Shown piece by piece: positions 37,702-48,406 of a stretch of DNA of 64,000 nucleotides. The stretch spans positions 4,930 through 68,929 of the forward strand of contig DLVL01000009.1 in NCBI GenBank assembly GCA_003444085.1. Reading direction: 5' to 3'. Every line of letters begins with the position of its first letter. Within the stretch, counting starts at the first letter, position 1. This DNA is from Kosmotogaceae bacterium. GTDB taxonomy: Bacteria; Thermotogota; Thermotogae; Petrotogales; Kosmotogaceae. The translations under genes and the position numbers were made by a program. A model generated the notes under the pieces. The model had not been told where the DNA came from, searched no databases, and was given only the letters and a program-made list of their open reading frames with translations.

Positions 37702-37730
37702 AATATACCAGATTTTGTTAACATCGTCAA
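37702..37730 (-). promoter_or_regulatory. sigma-70-type promoter of the five-tRNA operon
   Basis: Minus strand: TTGACG (rc of 37725-37730), a 17-nt spacer ending in TGG, then TATATT (rc of 37702-37707). It lies about 10 nt upstream of the tRNA-Pro 5' end. Confidence 0.65.
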
Positions 37731-37793
37731 TACGCGAAAGCCGCAAAGACTAGCAACCATGGGGAATAAGGCGAGCAGTTGATATACCATTAA

Positions 37794-37818
37794 AGGCGAC
37801 CCCTTCATGGGGTCGCCT
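37794..37818 (-). terminator. hairpin terminator after rpsO
   Basis: 10-bp perfect stem AGGCGACCCC / GGGGTCGCCT with a 5-nt loop, 8 nt after the rpsO stop. The U-tract is weak (TTTAAT). Confidence 0.55.
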
Positions 37819-37825
37819 GCAATAC

Positions 37826-38086
37826 CTAGCCTCGCAAACCCAGTTTGGTAATAAGATCTTTGTAGACCTCGGGCTTACTGTTCTTAACATACCTGAGCAT
37901 CTTTCTGCGTCTTCCTACCAGCTTCAAAAGTCCTCTTCTGGTATGGAAGTCCTTAGGGTGCTCTTTCAGATGCTCCGTAAGGTGCCTGATTCTGGCAGTC
38001 ATGATCGCAATCTGCACTTCCACAGAACCAGTGTCTTTGTCATGTAGCTGATACTCCTTAACTAGCTCTTGCTTGTCAACGTCCAT
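37826..38086 (-). CDS. rpsO: 30S ribosomal protein S15
   Basis: 86 aa. [48 protein letters not shown]. Confidence 0.95.
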   Translation of the reverse strand: MDVDKQELVKEYQLHDKDTGSVEVQIAIMTARIRHLTEHLKEHPKDFHTRRGLLKLVGRRRKMLRYVKNSKPEVYKDLITKLGLRG

Positions 38087-38149
38087 TGTGTCCTCCTCAT
38101 CCTCCTAACCAAGCCAGGGGTGTACCCAGACTGAGTATGGGGTCGCACC

Positions 38150-38178
38150 ATTGTAACCCAAAGCTTATTTCAGGTCAA
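38150..38178 (-). promoter_or_regulatory. sigma-70-type promoter of rpsO
   Basis: Minus strand: TTGACC (rc of 38173-38178), a 17-nt spacer, then TACAAT (rc of 38150-38155). It leaves a roughly 55-nt leader before the SD. Confidence 0.6.
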
Positions 38179-38187
38179 GTGAGAATC

Positions 38188-39480
38188 TCAAACCTTGCTG
38201 AGTATATAGAATGAATCCATTCCAAGAAAAGCGGCTGACTCGCCCAACTCTTCCTCGATTCTAAGAAGCTCATTATACTTGGCTATCCTGTCGCTTCTGG
38301 AGGCTGATCCTGTCTTAATCATTCCTGTGTTCGCTGCTACCGCAAGATGAGCGATAAACGTATCTTCCGTTTCACCGGATCGATGAGAGACTACACAGGT
38401 CAGCCCGTTTTTCTGGGCATAGGAAATCGTGTCTAGCGTCTCTGTAACTGAACCAATCTGGTTCAGTTTAATGAGTATAGAATTGCTGCACTTTTCTTCG
38501 ATTCCCTTCTTGAGCCGCTTGATATTGGTCACATAAAGATCATCACCGATTATCTGGATTCTCTTACCAACTTTTTCGGTGAATTTGCTGAATGCATCCC
38601 AGTCTTCTTCAAAGAAAGGATCCTCGATACTGACAATCGGGTATCTGGATATCAGACCTTCGTAGTAAACGATCAATTCATTCGCAGTCATCTCTTTGCC
38701 ATCGATCAGATATAGCTTCCTCTCTTCATCAAAGAACGAGTCTGCAGCACAATCAAGGGCGATGAAGATCTCTTTGCCCACTTCGTAACCTGCTGCATCT
38801 ACGGCCTTAATGATATACGAAATCGCCTGTTCGTTATTTCCCAGGTTTGGCGCAAAACCGCCTTCATCTCCAACAGAAGTAATATGACCGTCTGACTTCA
38901 GTAGCTTCTTGAGGTGCTGAAAGATTTCTACACCTGCCCTGAGAGCTTCAGAGTATTTCTTGAAGCCGGCAGGAACGATCATGAACTCCTGGATGTCCAG
39001 ATTGTTGTCCGCATGCTGCCCCCCGTTGATAATGTTCATGAATGGGATTGGAAGTGTCTTGCTGTTTGCCCCACCGAGATACCTGTAAAGTGGCATGCCA
39101 AGACAATCTGCGGCAGCTCTCGCAACCGCCATGGAGACTCCAAGAATTGCGTTTGCCCCCAATTTGCTCTTGCCGTCTGTGCCATCGAGTTCGATCAGTG
39201 TCCTATCAAGATCAGTTTGATCAAAAGCATTCATTCCAACTACTTCAGGAGCTATTACATCATTCACATTGTCAACAGCCCTGCTAACACCTTTACCGAG
39301 AAAACGCTTCTTATCACCATCTCGAAGTTCCAGTGCCTCGAATTGACCGGTCGACGCTCCAGAAGGGACTATTGCCCTACCAAAAGATCCGTCATCGAGC
39401 CAGACTTCTACTTCAACAGTCGGTGTTCCTCGTGAATCCAGCACCTCTCTTGCCAGAATATCGACTATCTGCACATACAT
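38188..39480 (-). CDS. eno: enolase
   Basis: 430 aa from ATG 39480 (SD GGAGGTG). [26 protein letters not shown]..., SHRSGETED and [14 protein letters not shown] are present. Confidence 0.95.
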   Translation of the reverse strand: MYVQIVDILAREVLDSRGTPTVEVEVWLDDGSFGRAIVPSGASTGQFEALELRDGDKKRFLGKGVSRAVDNVNDVIAPEVVGMNAFDQTDLDRTLIELDGTDGKSKLGANAILGVSMAVARAAADCLGMPLYRYLGGANSKTLPIPFMNIINGGQHADNNLDIQEFMIVPAGFKKYSEALRAGVEIFQHLKKLLKSDGHITSVGDEGGFAPNLGNNEQAISYIIKAVDAAGYEVGKEIFIALDCAADSFFDEERKLYLIDGKEMTANELIVYYEGLISRYPIVSIEDPFFEEDWDAFSKFTEKVGKRIQIIGDDLYVTNIKRLKKGIEEKCSNSILIKLNQIGSVTETLDTISYAQKNGLTCVVSHRSGETEDTFIAHLAVAANTGMIKTGSASRSDRIAKYNELLRIEEELGESAAFLGMDSFYILSKV

Positions 39481-39496
39481 ACCAAACACCTCCAAA

Positions 39497-40195
39497 CTAT
39501 GCTTCAACTACGCTTCCAACGTCATTTCCCATTATAGCATTGTAGAGATTCCCGTCCTTGAACATATCAAGAACGATGATCTTCACACTGTATCTTCTGC
39601 AGAGAGATAGAGCTTCCGTGTCCATAACTTCAAGCCGACGGTTTATTGCTTCTGAGTAGGTAATCCGTGATATCTTTTTTGCAGAGCTGTCTCTTACCGG
39701 ATCAGCAGTATATATTCCGTCGACTTTTGTCCCCTTGATTAGAAGATCTGCTCCAAATTCTATCGCCTTCATTGCTGCGGCCGTGTCAGTTGTGAGGAAA
39801 GGAAGAGAAGTACCTCCTCCAAAAATCACCAGCGCACCTGTGTCAAACATCTCATTGATTGCGTCGTAATTCATCGCGTTAAATGCTGGCGAGAATGAAA
39901 CTGGCGATACCACAACACTCTTGATGCCGCTATTTACGAACACGTCTTTCAAATACAACGAGTTGATGAGTGTTCCAAGCATTCCCACGTGATCGGCACT
40001 AACAGGGCTCAGTTCCGAAAGATCCCTGCCCCTGACGATATTGCCAGCTCCCACAACTATTCCAAGTTGCACCCTCTGTTCAACTACCTGCTTTACCTGC
40101 TTAACAAGGAAAGCAAGACGTTCCGGGTCAAATCCACGTGAGTCCTGCCCACTAAGAGCCTCGCCGCTGAGTTTCAAGAGCACTCTTGTGTTCAC
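39497..40195 (-). CDS. pyrH: UMP kinase
   Basis: 232 aa, GTG start (SD GGGGGTGG). [22 protein letters not shown] and [19 protein letters not shown] are present. Confidence 0.92.
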   Translation of the reverse strand: MNTRVLLKLSGEALSGQDSRGFDPERLAFLVKQVKQVVEQRVQLGIVVGAGNIVRGRDLSELSPVSADHVGMLGTLINSLYLKDVFVNSGIKSVVVSPVSFSPAFNAMNYDAINEMFDTGALVIFGGGTSLPFLTTDTAAAMKAIEFGADLLIKGTKVDGIYTADPVRDSSAKKISRITYSEAINRRLEVMDTEALSLCRRYSVKIIVLDMFKDGNLYNAIMGNDVGSVVEA

Positions 40196-40212
40196 CTGTC
40201 CACCCCCAACAA

Positions 40213-40237
40213 CAAAAAAGGTGAGCAGCAGCTCACC
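40213..40237 (-). terminator. intrinsic terminator between tsf and pyrH
   Basis: Minus strand: GGTGAGC-TGCT-GCTCACC followed by TTTTTTG. It begins 3 nt after the tsf stop. Confidence 0.6.
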
Positions 40238-40240
40238 CCT

Positions 40241-40840
40241 TTATTCCTCACCAACTACCCACCTGATGAACCGACTTACCTTGATGTTCTCACCGGTTTT
40301 GGCAATTAGCTCGATCAAAAGATCATTCATGGTTTTCCCGGATTCAAAGACATACTCCTGCTCCAGAAGTGAGTTGTCTTTGCAAAAGGCATCTATCTTG
40401 CCGTCAACAATCCTGTCAAGAACGTGTTCAGGCTTTCCTGATTCCTTCATCTGTTCCTTGTATATTTCTCGCTCTTTCTCGAGAATCTCCTCGGGAATGT
40501 CTGATCTGGAAACCCAGCGAGCCCCCATAGCAGCTATCTGCAAAGCAAGCTTATGCGCCAGCTCTTTGAATTCATCGGTTCTTGCAACAAAGTCAGTATT
40601 ACAGTTCAGCTCGAGCAGAACACCGAGTTTGTTGTTGTGGTGAATGTAGGAATAGAGAATACCTTCGGCTGCTTCCCGTCCTGAAACTTTGTCAGCCTTC
40701 ATGATCCCCTTCTTTCTCAAATACTCCTTGCTCTTCTCGAAGTCTCCATCTGTCTCTTCAAGAGCTTTCTTGCAGTCCAATATGCCCGCATTTGTCATCT
40801 CGCGCAGTTTCTTTACCATTTCTGTTGTGATATCTGCCAT
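40241..40840 (-). CDS. tsf: elongation factor Ts (short form)
   Basis: 199 aa. MVKKLREMTNAGILDCKKALEETDGDFEKSKEYLRKKG (UBA-like N-terminus) followed by the dimerisation core. Confidence 0.93.
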   Translation of the reverse strand: MADITTEMVKKLREMTNAGILDCKKALEETDGDFEKSKEYLRKKGIMKADKVSGREAAEGILYSYIHHNNKLGVLLELNCNTDFVARTDEFKELAHKLALQIAAMGARWVSRSDIPEEILEKEREIYKEQMKESGKPEHVLDRIVDGKIDAFCKDNSLLEQEYVFESGKTMNDLLIELIAKTGENIKVSRFIRWVVGEE

Positions 40841-40918
40841 GCTGTAACCTCCTTAAGCTAGTCCAAGTAGAATTATATATTCAGCAGAGCAATAAAGATC
40901 TCAGTAATGTTAATGATT

Positions 40919-41392
40919 TCACCGGGTCTTTTTTCTGAAGGCTTCAATGACAAACTCCGGTACCCATTCGGAAACATCCCCACCGAAGCAGATTATTTCC
41001 TTTACTATCGATGAAGAGATAAAAGAGTACTTCGTATCGGTCATGAAGAACATCGACTCGAAATCTGGGAGCAGTCTTCTGTTCGCATGCGCCATTTGCA
41101 GCTCCATCTCAAAATCAGAAACTGCTCTTAGACCTCGAATCACAATCCTGCTGCTGCTCTTTCTCACATAGTCCACTAGGAGTCCACAATGTGAGTCCAC
41201 AGTAATCTTCCCCATGACAACAAGGGACTTTTCGACCATCTCAAGCCTCTCTTCAAGAGAAAACATATACTGCTTGTGAGGATTCATCATCACCACCACA
41301 ATTATTTCATCGAAGACACGAGATGCTCTCTTCACAATATCAATGTGACCGTAGGTGATGGGGTCAAAAGACCCGGGGTATATGGCTTTCAT
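40919..41392 (-). CDS. coaD: phosphopantetheine adenylyltransferase
   Basis: 157 aa. [19 protein letters not shown] (HxGH-type motif) and ISSSIVKE are present. Confidence 0.92.
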   Translation of the reverse strand: MKAIYPGSFDPITYGHIDIVKRASRVFDEIIVVVMMNPHKQYMFSLEERLEMVEKSLVVMGKITVDSHCGLLVDYVRKSSSRIVIRGLRAVSDFEMELQMAHANRRLLPDFESMFFMTDTKYSFISSSIVKEIICFGGDVSEWVPEFVIEAFRKKTR

Positions 41393-41850
41393 CAGTCGCT
41401 TTTCACTTGCAGAACATCGGGGGGATTATCTTCAATAGATCTTCCAAGATTCATCAGGTCAGCAATGCTCATATCTCCCAACTCTCTCATCATCGCGTTG
41501 TAAAGCTTAAACCATACATACTTAACCGTGCACTCGTCTGTTCGCAAGCATTTCCCGTCCCGTTGTACGCACTCAAAAGAGTTGAGTGGATTGTCCAGCT
41601 TCATGATGACATCTCTAACAGAAATCTTCTCTGGTGGAATCTTCAATCCATAGCCCCCATACCGTCCTCGGATAGCCCTGACTATACCAGCCTGTCTGAG
41701 CTCTCCAAAAATCTTCTCGAGGAAATCTCTTGGAATGGGCGTTCTATTAACAATTTCAACGAGGGAAAGTTTGTCTTCGCCTTTCTCTGCAGCAATAGCC
41801 AATTCGTAAAGTGCGCGCAGCGCGTAGCTGCTCTTCAGAGTGAAACCCAT
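41392..41850 (-). CDS. Rrf2-family transcriptional regulator (three-Cys, possibly Fe-S sensing)
   Basis: 152 aa. [10 protein letters not shown], a winged HTH and the Cys triad C..RDGKC.....C ([14 protein letters not shown]) are present. Its stop overlaps the coaD ATG by 1 nt (TGATG). Confidence 0.82.
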   Translation of the reverse strand: MGFTLKSSYALRALYELAIAAEKGEDKLSLVEIVNRTPIPRDFLEKIFGELRQAGIVRAIRGRYGGYGLKIPPEKISVRDVIMKLDNPLNSFECVQRDGKCLRTDECTVKYVWFKLYNAMMRELGDMSIADLMNLGRSIEDNPPDVLQVKSD

Positions 41851-41865
41851 AGCTCACACCTCCGT

Positions 41866-42762
41866 TTAGTCAGTGCTTAGCAAAGCTTCTACAAACATTT
41901 CTGGGTCAAAGGGGCGCAGATCTTCAAGCTTCTCACCGATACCGATATACTTAACTGGAATCCCTAGTTCTCGCGAGATCGCGAATACGATTCCACCTTT
42001 GGCAGTACCATCAAGCTTTGTGAGAATAATCCCTGTGACTCTGACGGCATCAAGGAATTTCCTAGCCTGCATCAAGCCGTTTTGACCGGTATTTGCATCT
42101 ATCACAAGGAGTACTTCATGTGGCGCATCTTCTATCAACCTGGCAACGACTCTATGTATCTTCTTCAGTTCTTCCATGAGGTTGTGTCTTGTGTGGAGTC
42201 TGCCAGCAGTATCAATGATCACCAGATCCTTCTTCTTGCTCAAGGCATGATTCACCGCATCAAAAGCCACTGACGCAGCATCTGCGCCATGCCCCTGGCT
42301 AATAAACTCTGCACCTGTCTGTTCACACCAGTGTTTCAGCTGCTCGACTGCAGCTGCTCTGAAAGTATCACCAGAAGCCACAACAACTGACTTCCCGAGA
42401 GAAGAGTACATCTTTGAAAGCTTCCCAATGGTCGTCGTCTTACCTGTTCCATTAACGCCAACAACACTAATGACATGTGGCAGTTCACTGAAGATGGTTT
42501 CAGAAGTTTCGACTTCTTTAAGATGCTCAACCAGAATCTCTTTGAGTACCTGAACAGCGTTATCAGATCGCTTGGTCCTGCTCCTTAAAGTGTCAACGAC
42601 TGACTCGACTGTCTCCATACCCATATCTGATAAGATTAAGAGCTCTTCCACTTCCTCGATAGCGGCTGAAAGATCACCCCCAGAGAGCGCGTCTCTAATG
42701 CGCTTAAATACCGACTCCCTGCTTTTTCGTAGGCCATCTTTTATTTGGGAGAAAAGGCTCAT
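41866..42762 (-). CDS. ftsY: signal recognition particle receptor FtsY (NG domain only)
   Basis: 298 aa. GVNGTGKTTTIGKL, DTAGRLH and TKLDGTAKGG are present. Confidence 0.93.
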   Translation of the reverse strand: MSLFSQIKDGLRKSRESVFKRIRDALSGGDLSAAIEEVEELLILSDMGMETVESVVDTLRSRTKRSDNAVQVLKEILVEHLKEVETSETIFSELPHVISVVGVNGTGKTTTIGKLSKMYSSLGKSVVVASGDTFRAAAVEQLKHWCEQTGAEFISQGHGADAASVAFDAVNHALSKKKDLVIIDTAGRLHTRHNLMEELKKIHRVVARLIEDAPHEVLLVIDANTGQNGLMQARKFLDAVRVTGIILTKLDGTAKGGIVFAISRELGIPVKYIGIGEKLEDLRPFDPEMFVEALLSTD

Positions 42763-44504
42763 GCTTCTTCACGACCTATCTCCGCGGGCTTGTAGGCATC
42801 GAGCAGCTCCTTAATTGTCTCTAGAAGCATTTCCGTACCATTACTGATGTCAACAGTCAAGTCAGCGGAACCGTCCCTGAGCTTGAGCTCTACCATCTTC
42901 TGTGAAAAACTCCTGCCAATTGTAATACGAAGTGGTATACCAATCAGATCAGCGTCCTTAAATCTTACGCCGGGAGAAGCATCTCTGTCATCAATTAGCA
43001 CTTCATAACCCTCTTTCAGTAGTGTGTAGTACAGTTCTTCTGCAAAAGCGAAGCCATCGGAACCGTGCTTTAACAGCGGCAGTATTAGGATTTCAAAAGG
43101 TGCAACCGAACGTGGCCAGATAATACCGTCCTTATCATGTAGCTGCTCAACAACAGCACTAATTGTTCTTGAAATGCCCCAACCATAACAGCCCATTATG
43201 AATGGCTTCATGCCCCCCTCTTCGGAATTGAAAAGAGCTCCCATTGACTCAGAGTATTTAGTCCCAAGGTTAAATATGTGACCCAGTTCAATCCCTCGGG
43301 TCTCCTGAAGAGCCTGGCCACACTTCGGACAGGGGTCGCCTCTTCTGACAATCTTCAGATCTTCCCAGCGCTTGATGGTGAAATCACGGCCTTCTCTCGC
43401 ATTTATGTAATGCATGTCTCTCTCCATAGCACCAACAACTACGTTTCCAATATTCTTCACCGAGAGGTCTCCAATTAACTGAAACTCATCCGGGAGCCCG
43501 ACAGGACCGACAAAACCCGCCTCAACGCCGAGGTGTTTGCTCACTTCTTCGGGAGGAACAAGGGTGAGTGTTTGGTCACCCATAGCAGCTCTGAGCTTCG
43601 CTTCATTCAGTTCCTGATCACCACGTATGAGTACGATGAGCTGAGAATCTCTCCCTTTATAGAGTAACGACTTCACTATCTTACTGTTGTCAACATTGAG
43701 AAACCGGGCTACCTGCTCAATCGTTCTGGCGTTGGGGGTCATAACTTTTTCAATAGGCAGTTCTGAATCTTCGGTATCAGGCAGGACGTAGCTATATTCA
43801 GCCTTCTCATCACTGGCTGCGTATCCGCAGTTGCAGAAGAGAAGTTTTTCTTCTCCTGAGCTGGCGATTACGTTGAACTCATGGGACTCACTGCCTCCTA
43901 TTGCCCCAGTATCCGCCTCCACAACAATATAGCGAAGACCGATGCGCTGCATTATCATTGAGTAGGCAGCGTAGAAGCTGTCGTATGCCTTCTTAAAACA
44001 CTTGTAATCAGCGTGAAAACTATAGGCATCCTTCATGAGAAACTCTCTTGCTCTCATCAGACCAAATCGTGGTCTAATTTCATCCCTGAACTTGGTAGTT
44101 ATCTGGAACAGGGCCAATGGCAGCTGCCTGTATGAGTTCAGTTCATTCTTCAGGGTGGTTGTGATGATCTCCTCATGAGTTGGCCCGAGGGCAAAATCAC
44201 GTTCATGCCGGTCGCGCAGTTTCATCATGTCTGGGCCGTAATCATCCCAGCGACCTGAAGCGTGCCACATTTCCGCTGGTTGCATTATCGGCATCAACAC
44301 TTCAATGCAGCCAATACTATTCATTTCTTCCCTGACAATCTGCTCGACCTTCTTCAAGACTCTGAGCCCCAGAGGCAGGTAAACGAAAATACCTGCAGCA
44401 ACCTTCCTAACAAAACCTCCCCTTATCAGGAGTTTGCTACTCACAAGATCAGCATCCGCTGGGGCTTCTCTCAGTGTTGGTGAATAATACGACGAAAGAC
44501 GCAT
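42759..44504 (-). CDS. proS: prolyl-tRNA synthetase (bacterial type with editing insertion)
   Basis: 581 aa. Class II motifs (FRDEIRPRFGLMRAREF, GCYGWGISR) and an INS editing domain are present. Confidence 0.93.
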   Translation of the reverse strand: MRLSSYYSPTLREAPADADLVSSKLLIRGGFVRKVAAGIFVYLPLGLRVLKKVEQIVREEMNSIGCIEVLMPIMQPAEMWHASGRWDDYGPDMMKLRDRHERDFALGPTHEEIITTTLKNELNSYRQLPLALFQITTKFRDEIRPRFGLMRAREFLMKDAYSFHADYKCFKKAYDSFYAAYSMIMQRIGLRYIVVEADTGAIGGSESHEFNVIASSGEEKLLFCNCGYAASDEKAEYSYVLPDTEDSELPIEKVMTPNARTIEQVARFLNVDNSKIVKSLLYKGRDSQLIVLIRGDQELNEAKLRAAMGDQTLTLVPPEEVSKHLGVEAGFVGPVGLPDEFQLIGDLSVKNIGNVVVGAMERDMHYINAREGRDFTIKRWEDLKIVRRGDPCPKCGQALQETRGIELGHIFNLGTKYSESMGALFNSEEGGMKPFIMGCYGWGISRTISAVVEQLHDKDGIIWPRSVAPFEILILPLLKHGSDGFAFAEELYYTLLKEGYEVLIDDRDASPGVRFKDADLIGIPLRITIGRSFSQKMVELKLRDGSADLTVDISNGTEMLLETIKELLDAYKPAEIGREEA

Positions 44505-44549
44505 AAATTGCTCCTTTCAGAGTATCGATAAACAGACGTTTTCAGTGTG

Positions 44550-44558
44550 ATTATATCA
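44550..44558 (-). promoter_or_regulatory. extended -10 element (TGATATAAT) for proS
   Basis: rc of ATTATATCA at 44550-44558, about 45 nt upstream of the proS ATG. Confidence 0.4.
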
Positions 44559-44642
44559 TAGCTTTTCTAACGTGTGAGCGATTTCGCGACATCTTTGGCG
44601 GTTTTTAGCATAACAGAATCGGCATTTTAATGCGACAATCTT

Positions 44643-44651
44643 TGGTATAAT
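44643..44651 (+). promoter_or_regulatory. extended -10 element (TGGTATAAT) for the PNP gene
   Basis: TGnTATAAT lies 28 nt upstream of ATG 44680. SD GGGAGGAGG follows. Confidence 0.45.
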
Positions 44652-44679
44652 CGTTCTAGACACTGGGAGGAGGTAGCTC

Positions 44680-45537
44680 ATGAAGCTGAAAGCACTCACT
44701 GATGAAATTGCCAGATATGTCGAAGATGTCAAAACAGCTGCCAGGTACATCAAAGAGAAGATTTCTCAACCACCGAAACTAGCCATAATTCTAGGTTCAG
44801 GACTGGGTGATGTTTCAGAGAGTCTGGAGCAATCTCTTACAATCCCTTATGATGAGATTCCTGGCTTTCCAACTTCAACCGCACCGGGGCACAAGGGAGA
44901 ATTGTTGTTTGGTCTCATCTCGGGAGAACCAACAATGCTCATGAGTGGTCGTTTTCACTTCTATGAGGGTTATTCAATGCGTCTTGCGACCTTTCCAGTC
45001 AGGGTTATGCAGGAACTGGGAGTGGAGACGTTGATCATAACAAATGCTTCTGGCGGGCTGGATCCAAACTTTGATGTTGGGCATCCTATGATCATCAGGG
45101 ATCAGATCAACTTCATGGGGGACAGCCCTCTCATTGGACCAAACGTGGATGAGTGGGGGCCAAGATTCCCTGATATGAGTGAACCCTATGACCGCGAGCT
45201 GGTAGACATAGCGCTTCAGTCAGCAAAAGAACTCGGAATAGGAGTTTACGAGGGCGTCTATGTTGCGGTTGCTGGTCCCAACTTCGAGACTCCTGCAGAG
45301 CTGCGAATGCTTCGCCGTTTTGGTGCAGATGCTGTCGGGATGTCTACCGTTCCCGAGGTAATCGTCGCGCGCCATGCAGGAATACGGGTGCTGGGAATCT
45401 CTGCGATTACAGATAGGGCGGTGCCAGATGATCTGAAGCCACTGACTTCCGAAGAAGTCCTTGAAGCTGCCAAGCGCACAGGTTCAAAGATTTCCGCAAT
45501 AATCCTGAGGGTTGTGAAGTGTCTGGCCAGCGATTAA
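44680..45537 (+). CDS. punA: purine nucleoside phosphorylase (trimeric PNP/MTAP family)
   Basis: 285 aa. GSGLG, STAPGHKGELLFG, GRFHFYEGYS and GMSTVPEVIVARH are present. Confidence 0.88.
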   Translation: MKLKALTDEIARYVEDVKTAARYIKEKISQPPKLAIILGSGLGDVSESLEQSLTIPYDEIPGFPTSTAPGHKGELLFGLISGEPTMLMSGRFHFYEGYSMRLATFPVRVMQELGVETLIITNASGGLDPNFDVGHPMIIRDQINFMGDSPLIGPNVDEWGPRFPDMSEPYDRELVDIALQSAKELGIGVYEGVYVAVAGPNFETPAELRMLRRFGADAVGMSTVPEVIVARHAGIRVLGISAITDRAVPDDLKPLTSEEVLEAAKRTGSKISAIILRVVKCLASD

Positions 45538-45573
45538 TATTGACCAGTTCTCTCTAACAGAGCATCGCTGCTT

Positions 45574-46911
45574 CTAGCTTGCCTGTGATTTTGAAGACAT
45601 TGATGTGAATAGCCTGTTCACCGGCTCTGTGATGGTATCGTCTTTTTGTTCCAGCGCTTTTTCTATCTTCTTGAGTGCGTGTATCACGGTGGAATGTTTT
45701 CTTCTAATTGTTGAGGCGATCTCGTTTATTGACCGGCCAAGAGTATTCTTCATTCCGTAGATGAACAGGTATCTTGCACGCACACGTTCTGCATCTCTGC
45801 TGGAGGCAAGCAGCTCCTCCTTCTCGAACCCGGTAAGTTCTTTTATACAGGAAAACAGGAGTTCAACCGGCGATTTGGTCTGTCCCGAAAAAGTGCCGAT
45901 ATTCATACTCCGAAGTACTTCTGTTGCCAGGGAAAGATCGTAATCCTGCTCGTAAATCTTTGCCTGAACAATCATCTTGATTATCGCGCCACGTAGTCTT
46001 CTAATATTCGCATCCACGTTTCTTGCAAGAAACCACGCGACTTCATCACTTATTTCGACATTCTCTCGTTTCGCAAGTCCTTTTGCTATGAGAAATCTTG
46101 TTTCTTCTGAAGGCTCAGAGATCCTTATAGCAAGACCCATCTGGAAACGCGATACATATCGCTCGTGGAAGTCTTCCAGTTCTTCCGGTGACCGATCTGA
46201 GCATATTACCAGCTGCTTACCAGCATCATGAAGATGGTTGAAGGTATGAAAGAATTCATTCTGAACACCCTTCTTACCCACAAGGAACTGAATGTCGTCT
46301 ATTAGCAAAGCATCTGCCTTCCTTCTATATTCCTCTCGAAACCTGTGCACTTCGTTTTTCTTGATCGCCACAACCATCTCGTTCAGAAACTGCTCGCTCG
46401 TGATGTAGATGATCCGTTTTTCCGGATGAATATCCATCGCACGACGTGCTATGGCCTGCATAATATGCGTTTTCCCCAGGCCGACCCCCCCATAGATGAA
46501 CAGCGGATTATAAGCGCCTGGATTCAAAGAGATCTCTCTTCCGGCTTCAACAAGGAATCTGTTTTCGATTCCGAACTGGAAGTTCTCAAATGTGCATTCC
46601 TCGCTCAGATTGGATAACTGTAGTGGCCTTTTTCGAACAAGCGATTCCTGGGACACTGATTCGCTCTTCGATTGTGAAGAGATGTTCTTGTCCTGGATCG
46701 TGAAAGGTAACTCACGGCCAGTTGCAGCTCTTATCGCATTCGTGATTTCTTTCGAGAACCTCGTTTGCAGCCAATCTTTGATGAACAGATTATCGACAGT
46801 CAGTTCTACCCTGTCGTGATCAATCTTTTTCACTTCAAGACTGGAGAACCAATTATTCCAGGTCTTCTTCGGGACAGAATCCCTGAGTACATCAAGTATT
46901 TTTCGCGACAC
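45574..46911 (-). CDS. dnaA: chromosomal replication initiator DnaA
   Basis: 445 aa, GTG start (SD GGAGGT). AAA+ Walker A GGVGLGKTHIMQA, Walker B LLIDDIQFL and the domain IV DNA-binding helix (INEIASTIRRKHSTVIHALKKIE) are present. Confidence 0.95.
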   Translation of the reverse strand: MSRKILDVLRDSVPKKTWNNWFSSLEVKKIDHDRVELTVDNLFIKDWLQTRFSKEITNAIRAATGRELPFTIQDKNISSQSKSESVSQESLVRKRPLQLSNLSEECTFENFQFGIENRFLVEAGREISLNPGAYNPLFIYGGVGLGKTHIMQAIARRAMDIHPEKRIIYITSEQFLNEMVVAIKKNEVHRFREEYRRKADALLIDDIQFLVGKKGVQNEFFHTFNHLHDAGKQLVICSDRSPEELEDFHERYVSRFQMGLAIRISEPSEETRFLIAKGLAKRENVEISDEVAWFLARNVDANIRRLRGAIIKMIVQAKIYEQDYDLSLATEVLRSMNIGTFSGQTKSPVELLFSCIKELTGFEKEELLASSRDAERVRARYLFIYGMKNTLGRSINEIASTIRRKHSTVIHALKKIEKALEQKDDTITEPVNRLFTSMSSKSQAS

Positions 46912-47235
46912 AGAAACCTCCAGAAAGCCTTTCTAATGCTGAAGACGACCGAATAAGAATAATCAAGAAATAAGGAAGATGATGTTGCTCAGCATGACGA
47001 TGATATCAGATTGATACCCTCAAAAGAACGGACGAAATTTGTGTGCCACTACCTCCAGCGTAGTTATAGATGTTCACCCCAACATCTGATTGTAAAAAGA
47101 TTCCAACTATTGTGATTTGTACAAAAACTACTCTGAAGAGGTCTCGTGTATGAGCTTACAGTCTGGAGGAACCCATTTAATATGAAGACTCTGCAAGAAA
47201 TGTTAATCTTTTCTCATGTTGACCCATCTGTACAA
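46912..47235. other. candidate replication origin (oriC) / dnaA promoter region
   Basis: 324-bp non-coding spacer directly upstream of dnaA. It has AT-rich runs (46951-46985, 47091-47133), a 7-bp inverted repeat AGATGTT-CACCCC-AACATCT (47068-47087) and three CCTCCAG copies (46917, 47052, and reverse at 47163). No canonical TTATCCACA box was found by eye. Confidence 0.4.
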
Positions 47236-47259
47236 GAAAAAGGGCGGAGAACCCGCCCT
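47236..47259 (-). terminator. intrinsic terminator after the ferredoxin gene
   Basis: Minus strand: AGGGCGG-GTTCT-CCGCCCT followed by TTTTTCTTG. It begins 18 nt after the fdx stop. Confidence 0.65.
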
Positions 47260-47277
47260 CAGAAAGAATGAATACGA

Positions 47278-48402
<1,125 letters not shown>

Positions 48403-48406
<4 letters not shown>

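Noticed and set aside
44556-44753. 65-aa minus-strand ORF
   Set aside because: It spans the divergent proS/PNP promoter spacer and the 5' end of the PNP gene. It has no SD and a hydrophobic nonsense-like sequence.
47181-47273. 30-codon plus-strand ORF (MKTLQEMLIFSHVDPSVQEKGRRTRPQKE) behind GGAGGA
   Set aside because: The SD-to-ATG spacing is 11 nt, and the ORF runs through the ferredoxin terminator hairpin. It is more likely chance within the oriC/terminator region.
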